DNA of 36,812 nucleotides. Source: Escherichia coli. GTDB taxonomy: Bacteria > Pseudomonadota > Gammaproteobacteria > Enterobacterales > Enterobacteriaceae. Below, piece after piece: positions 22,755-32,785 of this stretch. The DNA lies in assembly GCF_003334315.1 (NCBI RefSeq), contig NZ_QOWR01000048.1; one strand, 5' to 3'. A program made the position numbers and the translations under genes. The number at the start of each line of letters is the position of its first letter. The first letter of the stretch is position 1. Under the pieces are notes generated by a model. The model ran no database searches. It worked only from the letters and a program-made list of their open reading frames with translations, and was not told the DNA's origin.

Positions 22755-22860
22755 ACGGTTATAAATCAACATCTTGATTTATAAGCATGGAAATCCCCTG
22801 AGTGAAACAACGAATTGCTGTGTGTAGTCTTTGCCCATCTCCCACGATGGGCTTTTTTTT
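22755..22860 (+). ncRNA. rprA: RprA small regulatory RNA (rpoS translational activator)
   Basis: Sequence ACGGTTATAAATCAAC...GCCCATCTCCCACGATGGGCTTTTTTTT recognised as RprA, including its terminator hairpin and U-tail, between ydiK and ydiL. Confidence 0.93.
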
Positions 22861-22997
22861 AACATTTTTCCGCTTCGCTACCTCGCCCCTCACTCTTTCC
22901 AATAATGTTGCACAAGATACTGTGACTCTCTTCAAGCCGTCAGCAGGCTGATAATGTTATTTATATTTTATTGTTTATTTCATGCAGCCATTACACG

Positions 22998-23354
22998 ATG
23001 AACGCTTATGAACTCCAGGCACTTCGCCATATTTTTGCCATGACTATTGATGAATGCGCGACCTGGATTGCCCAGACCGGTGACAGTGAAAGCTGGCGTC
23101 AGTGGGAAAATGGCAAATGCGCCATTCCTGATCGTGTAGTCGAGCAACTGTTGGCTATGCGTCAGCAACGAAAAAAACATCTTCATGCCATCATAGAGAA
23201 AATAAATAACCGCATCGGCAACAACACCATGCGTTTTTTCCCCGACTTAACCGCGTTTCAACAAGTCTACCCTGATGGCAATTTTATTGACTGGAAGATC
23301 TATCAATCGGTAGCCGCTGAATTATATGCACACGATCTGGAGCGGCTTTGTTAA
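22998..23354 (+). CDS. ydiL: YdiL, uncharacterised protein
   Basis: Start at ATG 22998 (MNAYELQALRHIFAMTIDE...) giving 118 aa. The track ORF begins at an upstream TTG. Confidence 0.8.
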   Translation: MNAYELQALRHIFAMTIDECATWIAQTGDSESWRQWENGKCAIPDRVVEQLLAMRQQRKKHLHAIIEKINNRIGNNTMRFFPDLTAFQQVYPDGNFIDWKIYQSVAAELYAHDLERLC

Positions 23355-23453
23355 TTTCTCCACAAAAAGGAATTGTCGTTGTTACAACAATAATGAACGG
23401 ATACTGACACAACATCGCTACACTTTTTAAAACACCTTTGCTAAGTAGAACCT

Positions 23454-24668
23454 ATGAAAAATCCCTATTACCCTACCGCACTTGGGTTGTATTTTAATTA
23501 CCTGGTGCATGGTATGGGCGTCATTTTGATGAGCCTGAATATGGCCTCGCTGGAGACACTTTGGCAGACTAATGCCGCGGGTGTCTCGATAGTTATCTCA
23601 TCGCTGGGCATTGGTCGATTAAGTGTCTTGCTTTTTGCAGGATTATTATCCGATCGCTTTGGTCGCCGCCCTTTTATCATGCTCGGGATGTGCTGCTATA
23701 TGGCCTTCTTTTTTGGCATCCTGCAGACCAATAACATCATTATCGCTTATGTTTTTGGCTTTCTGGCGGGAATGGCAAACAGTTTTCTCGATGCAGGCAC
23801 TTATCCCAGTTTGATGGAAGCTTTTCCACGCTCACCTGGGACAGCCAATATTTTAATTAAAGCATTTGTTTCCAGCGGACAATTTTTATTACCGCTAATC
23901 ATTAGCCTGTTAGTGTGGGCTGAACTGTGGTTCGGTTGGTCCTTTATAATTGCTGCAGGCATTATGTTTATTAACGCTCTGTTTTTATACCGTTGTACGT
24001 TCCCACCCCATCCGGGTCATCGCTTACCTGTCATAAAGAAAACCACCAGCTCTACGGAACATCGCTGTTCAATTATCGATTTAGCCAGTTATACCTTATA
24101 TGGCTATATCTCAATGGCAACGTTTTATCTGGTTAGCCAGTGGCTGGCACAGTACGGACAATTTGTTGCAGGCATGTCATACACTATGTCGATTAAACTA
24201 CTCAGTATCTACACCGTCGGTTCGCTGCTTTGTGTATTTATTACCGCTCCACTCATTCGTAATACCGTTCGCCCAACAACATTACTGATGCTGTACACCT
24301 TTATCTCATTTATTGCTCTGTTTACCGTCTGCCTGCATCCCACATTTTATGTGGTGATAATATTTGCTTTTGTCATTGGTTTTACCTCTGCTGGAGGTGT
24401 TGTGCAAATTGGCCTGACGTTAATGGCTGAACGTTTCCCTTACGCTAAAGGTAAAGCTACAGGGATCTATTACAGTGCGGGCAGTATTGCGACCTTTACT
24501 ATTCCGTTGATTACGGCTCATCTGTCCCAAAGAAGTATTGCCGATATTATGTGGTTCGATACCGCCATCGCTGCCATCGGTTTTTTACTGGCACTGTTTA
24601 TCGGCTTACGCAGCCGCAAAAAAACGCGGCATCACTCGCTAAAGGAAAATGTCGCTCCGGGTGGGTAA
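23454..24668 (+). CDS. ydiM: YdiM, MFS-family transporter
   Basis: 404 aa, 12 predicted TM helices, MFS loop motif DRFGRRP. Paralogous to the adjacent YdiN. Confidence 0.9.
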   Translation: MKNPYYPTALGLYFNYLVHGMGVILMSLNMASLETLWQTNAAGVSIVISSLGIGRLSVLLFAGLLSDRFGRRPFIMLGMCCYMAFFFGILQTNNIIIAYVFGFLAGMANSFLDAGTYPSLMEAFPRSPGTANILIKAFVSSGQFLLPLIISLLVWAELWFGWSFIIAAGIMFINALFLYRCTFPPHPGHRLPVIKKTTSSTEHRCSIIDLASYTLYGYISMATFYLVSQWLAQYGQFVAGMSYTMSIKLLSIYTVGSLLCVFITAPLIRNTVRPTTLLMLYTFISFIALFTVCLHPTFYVVIIFAFVIGFTSAGGVVQIGLTLMAERFPYAKGKATGIYYSAGSIATFTIPLITAHLSQRSIADIMWFDTAIAAIGFLLALFIGLRSRKKTRHHSLKENVAPGG

Positions 24669-24894
24669 TGCAATATTCTTTTCAGGTCATGCAAGATCTT
24701 ACGGATAAATAACTCTTTCTGCGCTAACTAAGGAAAATCGCGATCAAAAACAAACTATGACATGCAATATTCCTGGAAACATAAACTTTATGCCATGTAC
24801 CCAGGGAAAATCATCTTCAGTATAGTAATTATGTAAACCGTCGAAGAACAATACGTACGGTAACGAAATTATCTTTCAGCAAGGAGCTGTGAAA

Positions 24895-26160
24895 ATGTCT
24901 CAAAATAAGGCTTTCAGCACGCCATTTATCCTGGCTGTTCTTTGTATTTACTTCAGCTACTTCCTGCACGGCATTAGTGTTATTACGCTTGCCCAAAACA
25001 TGTCATCTCTGGCGGAAAAGTTTTCCACTGACAACGCGGGCATTGCCTACTTAATTTCCGGTATTGGTTTGGGGCGATTGATCAGTATTTTATTCTTCGG
25101 TGTGATCTCCGATAAGTTTGGTCGTCGGGCGGTGATATTAATGGCAGTAATAATGTATCTGCTATTCTTCTTTGGTATTCCCGCTTGCCCGAATTTAACT
25201 CTCGCCTACGGTCTGGCAGTGTGCGTAGATATCGCTAACTCAGCGCTGGATACGGGTGGCTACCCCGCGCTCATGGAATGCTTTCCGAAAGCCTCTGGTT
25301 CGGCGGTCATACTGGTTAAAGCGATGGTGTCATTTGGGCAAATGTTCTACCCAATGCTGGTGAGCTATATGTTGCTCAATAATATCTGGTACGGCTATGG
25401 GCTGATTATTCCGGGTATTCTGTTTGTACTGATCACGCTGATGCTGTTGAAAAGCAAATTCCCCAGCCAGTTGGTGGACGCCAGCGTAGCTAATGAATTA
25501 CCGCAAATGAACAGCAAACCGTTAGTCTGGCTGGAAGGTGTTTCATCGGTACTGTTCGGTGTAGCCGCATTCTCGACCTTTTATGTGATTGTGGTGTGGA
25601 TGCCCAAATATGCGATGGCTTTTGCTGGTATGTCAGAAGCTGAGGCATTAAAAACCATCTCTTATTACAGTATGGGCTCGTTGGTCTGTGTCTTTATTTT
25701 TGCCGCACTACTGAAAAAAATGGTCCGGCCCATCTGGGCTAATGTATTTAACTCTGCACTGGCAACAATAACAGCAGCCATTATCTACCTGTACCCTTCT
25801 CCACTGGTGTGTAATGCCGGCGCCTTTGTTATCGGTTTCTCAGCAGCTGGCGGCATTTTACAGCTCGGTGTTTCGGTCATGTCAGAGTTTTTCCCAAAAA
25901 GCAAAGCCAAAGTCACCAGTATTTATATGATGATGGGTGGACTGGCTAACTTTGTTATTCCGCTGATTACCGGTTATCTGTCGAACATCGGCCTGCAATA
26001 TATCATTGTTCTCGATTTTACTTTCGCGCTGCTGGCCCTGATTACCGCAATTATTGTTTTTATCCGCTATTACCGCGTTTTTATTATTCCTGAGAATGAT
26101 GTGCGGTTTGGCGAGCGCAAATTTAGCACCCGGTTAAACACAATTAAGCATAGAGGTTAA
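24895..26160 (+). CDS. ydiN: YdiN, MFS-family transporter
   Basis: Start at ATG 24895, 8 nt after AAGGAG, giving 421 aa. MFS motif DKFGRRA. First gene of ydiN-ydiB-aroD. Confidence 0.9.
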
Positions 26161-26171
26161 AGGAGTTAATT

Positions 26172-27038
26172 ATGGATGTTACCGCAAAATACGAATTGAT
26201 TGGGTTGATGGCTTATCCTATCCGCCACAGTTTATCGCCTGAAATGCAGAATAAAGCCTTAGAAAAAGCGGGATTGCCATTTACCTATATGGCCTTCGAA
26301 GTGGATAACGATAGCTTTCCCGGAGCAATTGAAGGATTAAAAGCTCTAAAAATGCGCGGAACTGGTGTATCAATGCCGAACAAACAACTGGCGTGTGAAT
26401 ATGTTGATGAATTAACGCCAGCAGCCAAACTGGTGGGTGCCATCAACACCATCGTTAATGATGATGGCTACCTGCGCGGCTATAACACCGACGGCACGGG
26501 CCATATTCGAGCCATTAAAGAGAGCGGTTTTGATATCAAAGGCAAAACAATGGTGCTGTTAGGGGCCGGAGGTGCCTCAACGGCGATTGGCGCGCAGGGG
26601 GCAATTGAAGGTTTAAAAGAAATTAAACTCTTTAACCGTCGGGATGAGTTCTTCGATAAAGCCCTCGCCTTCGCGCAGCGGGTTAACGAAAACACCGATT
26701 GTGTCGTCACGGTTACCGATCTCGCCGATCAGCAAGCCTTTGCTGAAGCCCTGGCTTCCGCCGACATTTTAACCAATGGCACAAAAGTGGGTATGAAACC
26801 CCTTGAGAATGAATCATTGGTTAATGATATCAGTCTGTTACATCCGGGACTGCTGGTCACTGAATGCGTGTATAACCCGCATATGACGAAGTTATTGCAG
26901 CAGGCGCAACAAGCTGGTTGCAAAACGATTGATGGATACGGCATGTTGTTGTGGCAAGGGGCTGAACAGTTCACGTTATGGACTGGCAAAGATTTCCCTC
27001 TGGAATATGTTAAACAGGTCATGGGGTTCGGTGCCTGA
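26172..27038 (+). CDS. ydiB: YdiB, quinate/shikimate 5-dehydrogenase (NAD(P)-dependent)
   Basis: 288 aa [35 protein letters not shown]... with Rossmann motif GAGGAS. Confidence 0.97.
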
Positions 27039-27068
27039 CAGGCTGACCGCGTGCAGAAAGGGTAAAAA

Positions 27069-27827
27069 ATGAAAACCGTAACTGTAAAAGATCTCGTCAT
27101 TGGTGCGGGCGCACCTAAAATCATCGTCTCGCTGATGGCGAAAGATATCGCCCGCGTGAAATCCGAAGCTCTCGCCTATCGTGAAGCGGACTTTGATATT
27201 CTGGAATGGCGTGTGGACCACTTTGCCGACCTCTCCAATGTGGAGTCTGTCATGGCGGCGGCAAAAATTCTCCGTGAAACCATGCCAGAAAAACCGCTGC
27301 TGTTTACCTTCCGCAGTGCCAAAGAAGGCGGCGAGCAGGCGATTTCCACCGAGGCTTATATTGCTCTCAATCGTGCAGCCATCGACAGCGGCCTGGTTGA
27401 TATGATCGATCTGGAGTTATTTACCGGCGATGATCAGGTTAAAGAAACCGTCGCCTACGCCCACGCGCATGATGTGAAAGTTGTCATGTCCAACCATGAC
27501 TTCCATAAAACGCCGGAAGCCGAAGAAATCATTGCCCGTCTGCGCAAAATGCAATCCTTCGACGCCGATATTCCTAAGATTGCGCTGATGCCGCAAAGTA
27601 CCAGCGATGTGCTGACGTTGCTTGCCGCGACCCTGGAGATGCAGGAGCAGTATGCCGATCGTCCAATCATCACGATGTCGATGGCAAAAACTGGCGTAAT
27701 TTCTCGTCTGGCTGGTGAAGTATTTGGGTCGGCGGCAACTTTTGGTGCGGTAAAAAAAGCCTCTGCGCCAGGGCAAATCTCGGTAACTGATTTACGCACA
27801 GTATTAACTATTTTACATCAGGCATAA
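27069..27827 (+). CDS. aroD: AroD, type I 3-dehydroquinate dehydratase
   Basis: 252 aa [26 protein letters not shown]... with the Schiff-base lysine in KIALMPQ. Confidence 0.98.
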   Translation: MKTVTVKDLVIGAGAPKIIVSLMAKDIARVKSEALAYREADFDILEWRVDHFADLSNVESVMAAAKILRETMPEKPLLFTFRSAKEGGEQAISTEAYIALNRAAIDSGLVDMIDLELFTGDDQVKETVAYAHAHDVKVVMSNHDFHKTPEAEEIIARLRKMQSFDADIPKIALMPQSTSDVLTLLAATLEMQEQYADRPIITMSMAKTGVISRLAGEVFGSAATFGAVKKASAPGQISVTDLRTVLTILHQA

Positions 27828-27837
27828 GCAATAATAT

Positions 27838-27865
27838 TTCGGCGGGAATATCCTCCCCCGCCGAA
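27838..27865 (+). terminator. Possible terminator hairpin after aroD
   Basis: 9-bp stem TTCGGCGGG...CCCGCCGAA 11 bp after the aroD stop, but followed by an A-run rather than a T-run, so assignment is tentative. Confidence 0.4.
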
Positions 27866-27971
27866 CTAAAAAAATATATTCAACCGTATTTAATAAAAAT
27901 ATTTCGTGAGTCTCTGTGCGCTAATTATCCATCTGGCGTAGGGAAAATCACACCTGAATCAGGAATTAACA

Positions 27972-29567
27972 ATGAAACCTGTAAAACCACCTCGTATTAA
28001 TGGACGAGTGCCGGTCCTGTCGGCACAGGAAGCGGTGAATTATATTCCCGACGAAGCAACACTTTGTGTGTTAGGCGCTGGCGGCGGTATTCTGGAAGCC
28101 ACCACGTTAATTACTGCTCTTGCTGATAAATATAAACAGACTCAAACGCCACGTAATTTATCGATTATTAGTCCAACAGGGCTTGGCGATCGCGCCGACC
28201 GCGGTATTAGTCCGCTGGCGCAAGAAGGTCTGCTGAAATGGGCATTATGCGGTCACTGGGGACAATCGCCGCGTATTTCTGATCTCGCAGAACAAAATAA
28301 AATTATTGCTTATAACTATCCACAAGGTGTACTTACACAAACCTTACGCGCCGCCGCAGCCCACCAGCCTGGTATTATTAGTGATATTGGCATCGGGACA
28401 TTTGTCGATCCACGCCAGCAAGGCGGCAAACTGAATGAAGTCACTAAAGAAGACCTGATTAAACTGGTCGAGTTTGATAACAAAGAATATCTCTATTACA
28501 AAGCGATTGCGCCAGATATCGCCTTCATTCGCGCTACCACCTGCGACAGCGAAGGCTACGCCACTTTTGAAGATGAGGTGATGTATCTCGACGCATTGGT
28601 TATTGCCCAGGCGGTGCACAATAACGGCGGTATTGTGATGATGCAGGTGCAGAAAATGGTTAAGAAAGCCACGCTGCATCCTAAATCTGTCCGTATTCCG
28701 GGTTATCTGGTGGATATTGTGGTGGTCGATCCGGATCAAACCCAACTGTATGGCGGTGCACCGGTTAACCGCTTTATTTCTGGTGACTTCACCCTTGATG
28801 ACAGTACCAAACTTAGCCTGCCCCTAAACCAACGTAAATTAGTTGCGCGGCGCGCATTATTCGAAATGCGTAAAGGCGCGGTGGGGAATGTCGGCGTCGG
28901 TATTGCTGACGGCATTGGCCTGGTCGCCCGAGAAGAAGGTTGTGCTGATGACTTTATTCTGACGGTAGAAACAGGTCCGATTGGCGGAATTACTTCACAG
29001 GGGATCGCCTTTGGCGCGAACGTGAATACCCGTGCCATTCTGGATATGACGTCCCAGTTTGATTTTTATCACGGTGGCGGTCTGGATGTTTGTTATTTGA
29101 GTTTTGCTGAAGTCGACCAGCACGGTAACGTCGGCGTGCATAAATTCAATGGTAAAATCATGGGCACCGGTGGATTTATTGATATCAGTGCCACTTCGAA
29201 GAAAATCATTTTCTGCGGCACATTAACTGCGGGCAGTTTAAAAACAGAAATTACCGACGGCAAATTAAATATCGTCCAGGAAGGACGGGTGAAGAAATTT
29301 ATTCGGGAACTACCGGAAATTACTTTCAGCGGAAAAATCGCTCTCGAGCGAGGGCTGGATGTTCGTTATATCACTGAGCGCGCAGTATTCACGCTGAAAG
29401 AAGACGGCCTGCATTTAATCGAAATCGCCCCTGGCGTCGATTTACAAAAAGATATTCTCGACAAAATGGATTTCACCCCAGTGATTTCGCCAGAACTCAA
29501 ACTGATGGACGAAAGATTATTTATCGATGCGGCGATGGGTTTTGTCCTGCCTGAAGCGGCTCATTAA
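27972..29567 (+). CDS. ydiF: YdiF, fused alpha/beta family-I CoA-transferase (acetate/short-chain acyl-CoA transferase)
   Basis: 531 aa, K-12 length, RBS AGGAAT upstream. Confidence 0.92.
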   Translation: MKPVKPPRINGRVPVLSAQEAVNYIPDEATLCVLGAGGGILEATTLITALADKYKQTQTPRNLSIISPTGLGDRADRGISPLAQEGLLKWALCGHWGQSPRISDLAEQNKIIAYNYPQGVLTQTLRAAAAHQPGIISDIGIGTFVDPRQQGGKLNEVTKEDLIKLVEFDNKEYLYYKAIAPDIAFIRATTCDSEGYATFEDEVMYLDALVIAQAVHNNGGIVMMQVQKMVKKATLHPKSVRIPGYLVDIVVVDPDQTQLYGGAPVNRFISGDFTLDDSTKLSLPLNQRKLVARRALFEMRKGAVGNVGVGIADGIGLVAREEGCADDFILTVETGPIGGITSQGIAFGANVNTRAILDMTSQFDFYHGGGLDVCYLSFAEVDQHGNVGVHKFNGKIMGTGGFIDISATSKKIIFCGTLTAGSLKTEITDGKLNIVQEGRVKKFIRELPEITFSGKIALERGLDVRYITERAVFTLKEDGLHLIEIAPGVDLQKDILDKMDFTPVISPELKLMDERLFIDAAMGFVLPEAAH

Positions 29568-29580
29568 CAGGAGTATAATG

Positions 29581-30732
29581 ATGGATTTTTCTTTAACTGA
29601 AGAACAAGAACTGCTGCTGGCCAGTATTCGCGAACTGATTACGACTAACTTTCCGGAAGAGTATTTCCGCACCTGCGATCAAAACGGGACATATCCGCGT
29701 GAGTTTATGCGGGCGCTGGCGGATAACGGTATTTCCATGCTTGGCGTGCCGGAAGAATTTGGTGGTATCCCTGCGGATTACGTCACCCAAATGCTGGCGC
29801 TGATGGAAGTGTCAAAATGCGGTGCTCCGGCATTTTTAATTACCAACGGTCAATGTATTCACAGTATGCGCCGTTTCGGTTCTGCAGAGCAGCTACGTAA
29901 AACGGCAGAAAGCACCCTGGAAACCGGCGACCCCGCCTATGCCCTGGCGTTGACGGAACCAGGTGCTGGCTCAGATAACAACAGTGCCACCACCACTTAC
30001 ACGCGTAAAAACGGCAAGGTTTACATCAACGGACAGAAAACCTTTATTACCGGTGCGAAAGAGTACCCGTATATGCTGGTGTTGGCGCGCGATCCGCAAC
30101 CGAAAGATCCCAAAAAAGCCTTCACCCTGTGGTGGGTCGACTCCAGTAAGCCCGGCATTAAGATTAACCCGCTGCATAAAATCGGCTGGCATATGCTCAG
30201 CACCTGCGAAGTCTATCTCGACAACGTGGAAGTTGAAGAGAGCGACATGGTGGGCGAAGAAGGAATGGGTTTCCTCAATGTGATGTACAACTTTGAGATG
30301 GAGCGCCTGATCAACGCCGCGCGCAGCACCGGCTTTGCCGAATGCGCCTTTGAAGATGCCGCCCGCTATGCCAACCAACGTATCGCTTTTGGTAAGCCCA
30401 TTGGTCATAACCAGATGATCCAGGAAAAACTGGCGCTGATGGCGATTAAGATTGACAACATGCGCAACATGGTGCTGAAAGTGGCATGGCAAGCCGATCA
30501 GCATCAGTCACTGCGCACCAGCGCGGCGCTGGCAAAACTGTATTGCGCACGTACCGCAATGGAAGTCATTGATGATGCGATTCAAATCATGGGCGGTCTG
30601 GGCTATACCGATGAAGCGCGCGTCTCCCGCTTCTGGCGTGATGTCCGTTGTGAACGTATCGGCGGCGGTACAGACGAAATTATGATTTACGTAGCAGGTC
30701 GGCAGATCCTGAAAGACTATCAGAACAAATAA
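29581..30732 (+). CDS. ydiO: YdiO, acyl-CoA dehydrogenase family protein (anaerobic enoyl-CoA reductase candidate)
   Basis: Start at MDFSLTEEQELLLASIRELI, after CAGGAG, giving 383 aa. The track ORF begins upstream inside ydiF. Confidence 0.9.
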   Translation: MDFSLTEEQELLLASIRELITTNFPEEYFRTCDQNGTYPREFMRALADNGISMLGVPEEFGGIPADYVTQMLALMEVSKCGAPAFLITNGQCIHSMRRFGSAEQLRKTAESTLETGDPAYALALTEPGAGSDNNSATTTYTRKNGKVYINGQKTFITGAKEYPYMLVLARDPQPKDPKKAFTLWWVDSSKPGIKINPLHKIGWHMLSTCEVYLDNVEVEESDMVGEEGMGFLNVMYNFEMERLINAARSTGFAECAFEDAARYANQRIAFGKPIGHNQMIQEKLALMAIKIDNMRNMVLKVAWQADQHQSLRTSAALAKLYCARTAMEVIDDAIQIMGGLGYTDEARVSRFWRDVRCERIGGGTDEIMIYVAGRQILKDYQNK

Positions 30733-30774
30733 TCTGCAGGCGGCGCAGCTTCTTAACAAACTGCGCCGCCAGAT
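30733..30774. terminator. Bidirectional terminator hairpin between convergent ydiO and ydiP
   Basis: 10-bp stem GGCGGCGCAG / CTGCGCCGCC with a 12-nt loop, extended by ATCT/AGAT; it fills the whole 42-bp gap. Confidence 0.6.
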
Positions 30775-31686
30775 TTATCCAACAAGACTTACCGGTTGAG
30801 GAAATTCAGATAGGATTTCTTGTTCCGCAAAACAGTTTTTAAATTGCCTGCGGTAATCGCTGGGTGAACAGCCGACATGGCGCAAAAACAGTTTGCCAAA
30901 GTGATCGACATTTTCATAACCCACACGCCAGGAGATCTCTGCCTGTGATAATTCAGTATTAGTGAGTAACCATTTCGCTTCCGTCATACACCGTTGAATA
31001 ACATAGTTAATTGGGGAAATACGATACTCTTTGGTAAATTCATGGCAAATATAACTGACGCTGGCACGAAATTTTTTCGATAACTGTTCTAAAGTGATTT
31101 TTTCGCGATAATTATTATTCAGATAGAAAAGAATATCTTTTATCAGAACATCTTTTTTAATATACCCCTGCTCCGAACGATAAGCATTTTTAAAGTTTTC
31201 GTAGTAAAGAATTGCTAATGTATAGGCAAATGCATCCCATAACGAAGATGTTTGGCTATTTTTACTTTGCGGCAAAATCACACTTAGCTCATTAAATAAG
31301 GTTTTAATGACTTCTTTTCCCTGCCCCGCGGCAATTACCGGACAAGAATGCGGTTGCAGTAGATGATTTTCCTCAGCCCCCTGAAACTGAAAGCCGTACA
31401 GCGCACAGGTACACGTCGTTGCCGGATCGTTAACGTCAGAGGCCACCGCATGCAGCCTGCCGCGTTCTATCACCACTATATCATCTGCATGCGCGACATA
31501 TAACGAAGAATCGATGGTAAACCTTGCCACCCCTTTCTTGACGTAAATCAGCTCGGTTTCATTGTCATGAACGTGATGTCCAGACTCCCATTTTGGATCA
31601 TCGCTAAATGCAAAACGTGAAAGCCGTGGCGTTTTACCAGCGACAAACAGCGTTTCACTGGCATTATCAAAACAGCGTTGATACAT
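30775..31686 (-). CDS. ydiP: YdiP, AraC/XylS-family transcriptional regulator
   Basis: 303 aa with N-terminal cupin-like region and C-terminal AraC-type helix-turn-helix (...QAEISWRVGYENVDHFGKLFLRHVGCSPSDYRRQF). Confidence 0.92.
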   Translation of the reverse strand: MYQRCFDNASETLFVAGKTPRLSRFAFSDDPKWESGHHVHDNETELIYVKKGVARFTIDSSLYVAHADDIVVIERGRLHAVASDVNDPATTCTCALYGFQFQGAEENHLLQPHSCPVIAAGQGKEVIKTLFNELSVILPQSKNSQTSSLWDAFAYTLAILYYENFKNAYRSEQGYIKKDVLIKDILFYLNNNYREKITLEQLSKKFRASVSYICHEFTKEYRISPINYVIQRCMTEAKWLLTNTELSQAEISWRVGYENVDHFGKLFLRHVGCSPSDYRRQFKNCFAEQEILSEFPQPVSLVG

Positions 31687-32001
31687 GACAACCTCCCTAT
31701 TCCATGAGCAAGCAAAAACAATATATGCCGGATAAAATACGGCGTGTATTGCGGTTATACAACCGCGTTTAGCGAGAGCTAAACAAGATTATTTACACTG
31801 AATGCAAGATTGTACGGTCATGGAATAACTATATTGCCGCAAATTGCACTTTTGTTTTAGCGATCGCATTTTTTTTGCAAGATTGTTGGCAAGGAAAACA
31901 GCTTGCTCCGTCGAAAACCCCGCACCGCTATCGCACACTATTTTCAGGCCATTTTTACCTTCCATCGGAGATGGTTCCGTATGCGACTCACAGGAGAAAT
32001 C

Positions 32002-32766
32002 ATGAAAATAATAACCTGCTTTAAGCTGGTGCCTGAAGAACAGGACATTGTTGTCACTCCAGAATACACCCTGAATTTCGACAATGCCGACGCCAAAATC
32101 AGCCAGTTCGATCTCAATGCCATTGAAGCTGCAAGCCAGCTTGCAACAGATGACGATGAGATAGCCGCGCTGACCGTTGGCGGCTCATTGTTGCAGAACT
32201 CGAAAGTGCGCAAAGACGTGCTATCCCGCGGGCCGCACAGCCTGTATATGGTGCAGGATGCACAACTTGAGCATGCACTGCCTCTCGATACCGCAAAAGC
32301 GCTGGCGGCAGCAGTTGAAAAGATCGGCTTCGATTTACTGATCTTTGGTGAAGGTTCCGGCGACCTTTATGCCCAGCAGGTTGGCTTGCTGGTCGGAGAA
32401 ATTCTGCAACTTCCGGTGATTAATGCAGTGAGTGCTATTCAGCGTCAGGGCAATACACTGGTGATTGAACGCACGCTTGAAGATGACGTTGAAGTTATTG
32501 AACTCTCTGTTCCAGCCGTGCTCTGCGTCACCTCCGATATTAACGTGCCACGCATTCCTTCGATGAAAGCCATTCTCGGCGCGGGTAAAAAACCGGTAAA
32601 TCAGTGGCAGGCAAGTGATATTGGCTGGAGCCAGAGCGCACCACTTGCTGAACTGACCGGCATTCGCGTACCGCCGCAAACAGAACGTAAGCACATCATT
32701 CTCGATAACGATTCGCCGGAGGCCATTGCCGAGCTGGCGGAACATCTGAAGAAAGCCCTGAACTGA
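32002..32766 (+). CDS. ydiQ: YdiQ, electron-transfer flavoprotein beta-subunit homologue (EtfB/FixA-like)
   Basis: Start at MKIITCFKLVPEEQDIVV, after CAGGAG, giving 254 aa. The track ORF is an upstream extension. Confidence 0.9.
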   Translation: MKIITCFKLVPEEQDIVVTPEYTLNFDNADAKISQFDLNAIEAASQLATDDDEIAALTVGGSLLQNSKVRKDVLSRGPHSLYMVQDAQLEHALPLDTAKALAAAVEKIGFDLLIFGEGSGDLYAQQVGLLVGEILQLPVINAVSAIQRQGNTLVIERTLEDDVEVIELSVPAVLCVTSDINVPRIPSMKAILGAGKKPVNQWQASDIGWSQSAPLAELTGIRVPPQTERKHIILDNDSPEAIAELAEHLKKALN

Positions 32767-32785
32767 AGCCTACGGAGAAGAAACG

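Noticed and set aside
24750-24820. 22-codon ORF (MTCNIPGNINFMPCTQGKSSSV) in the ydiM-ydiN gap
   Set aside because: No convincing Shine-Dalgarno at proper spacing; more likely part of the ydiN promoter/leader.
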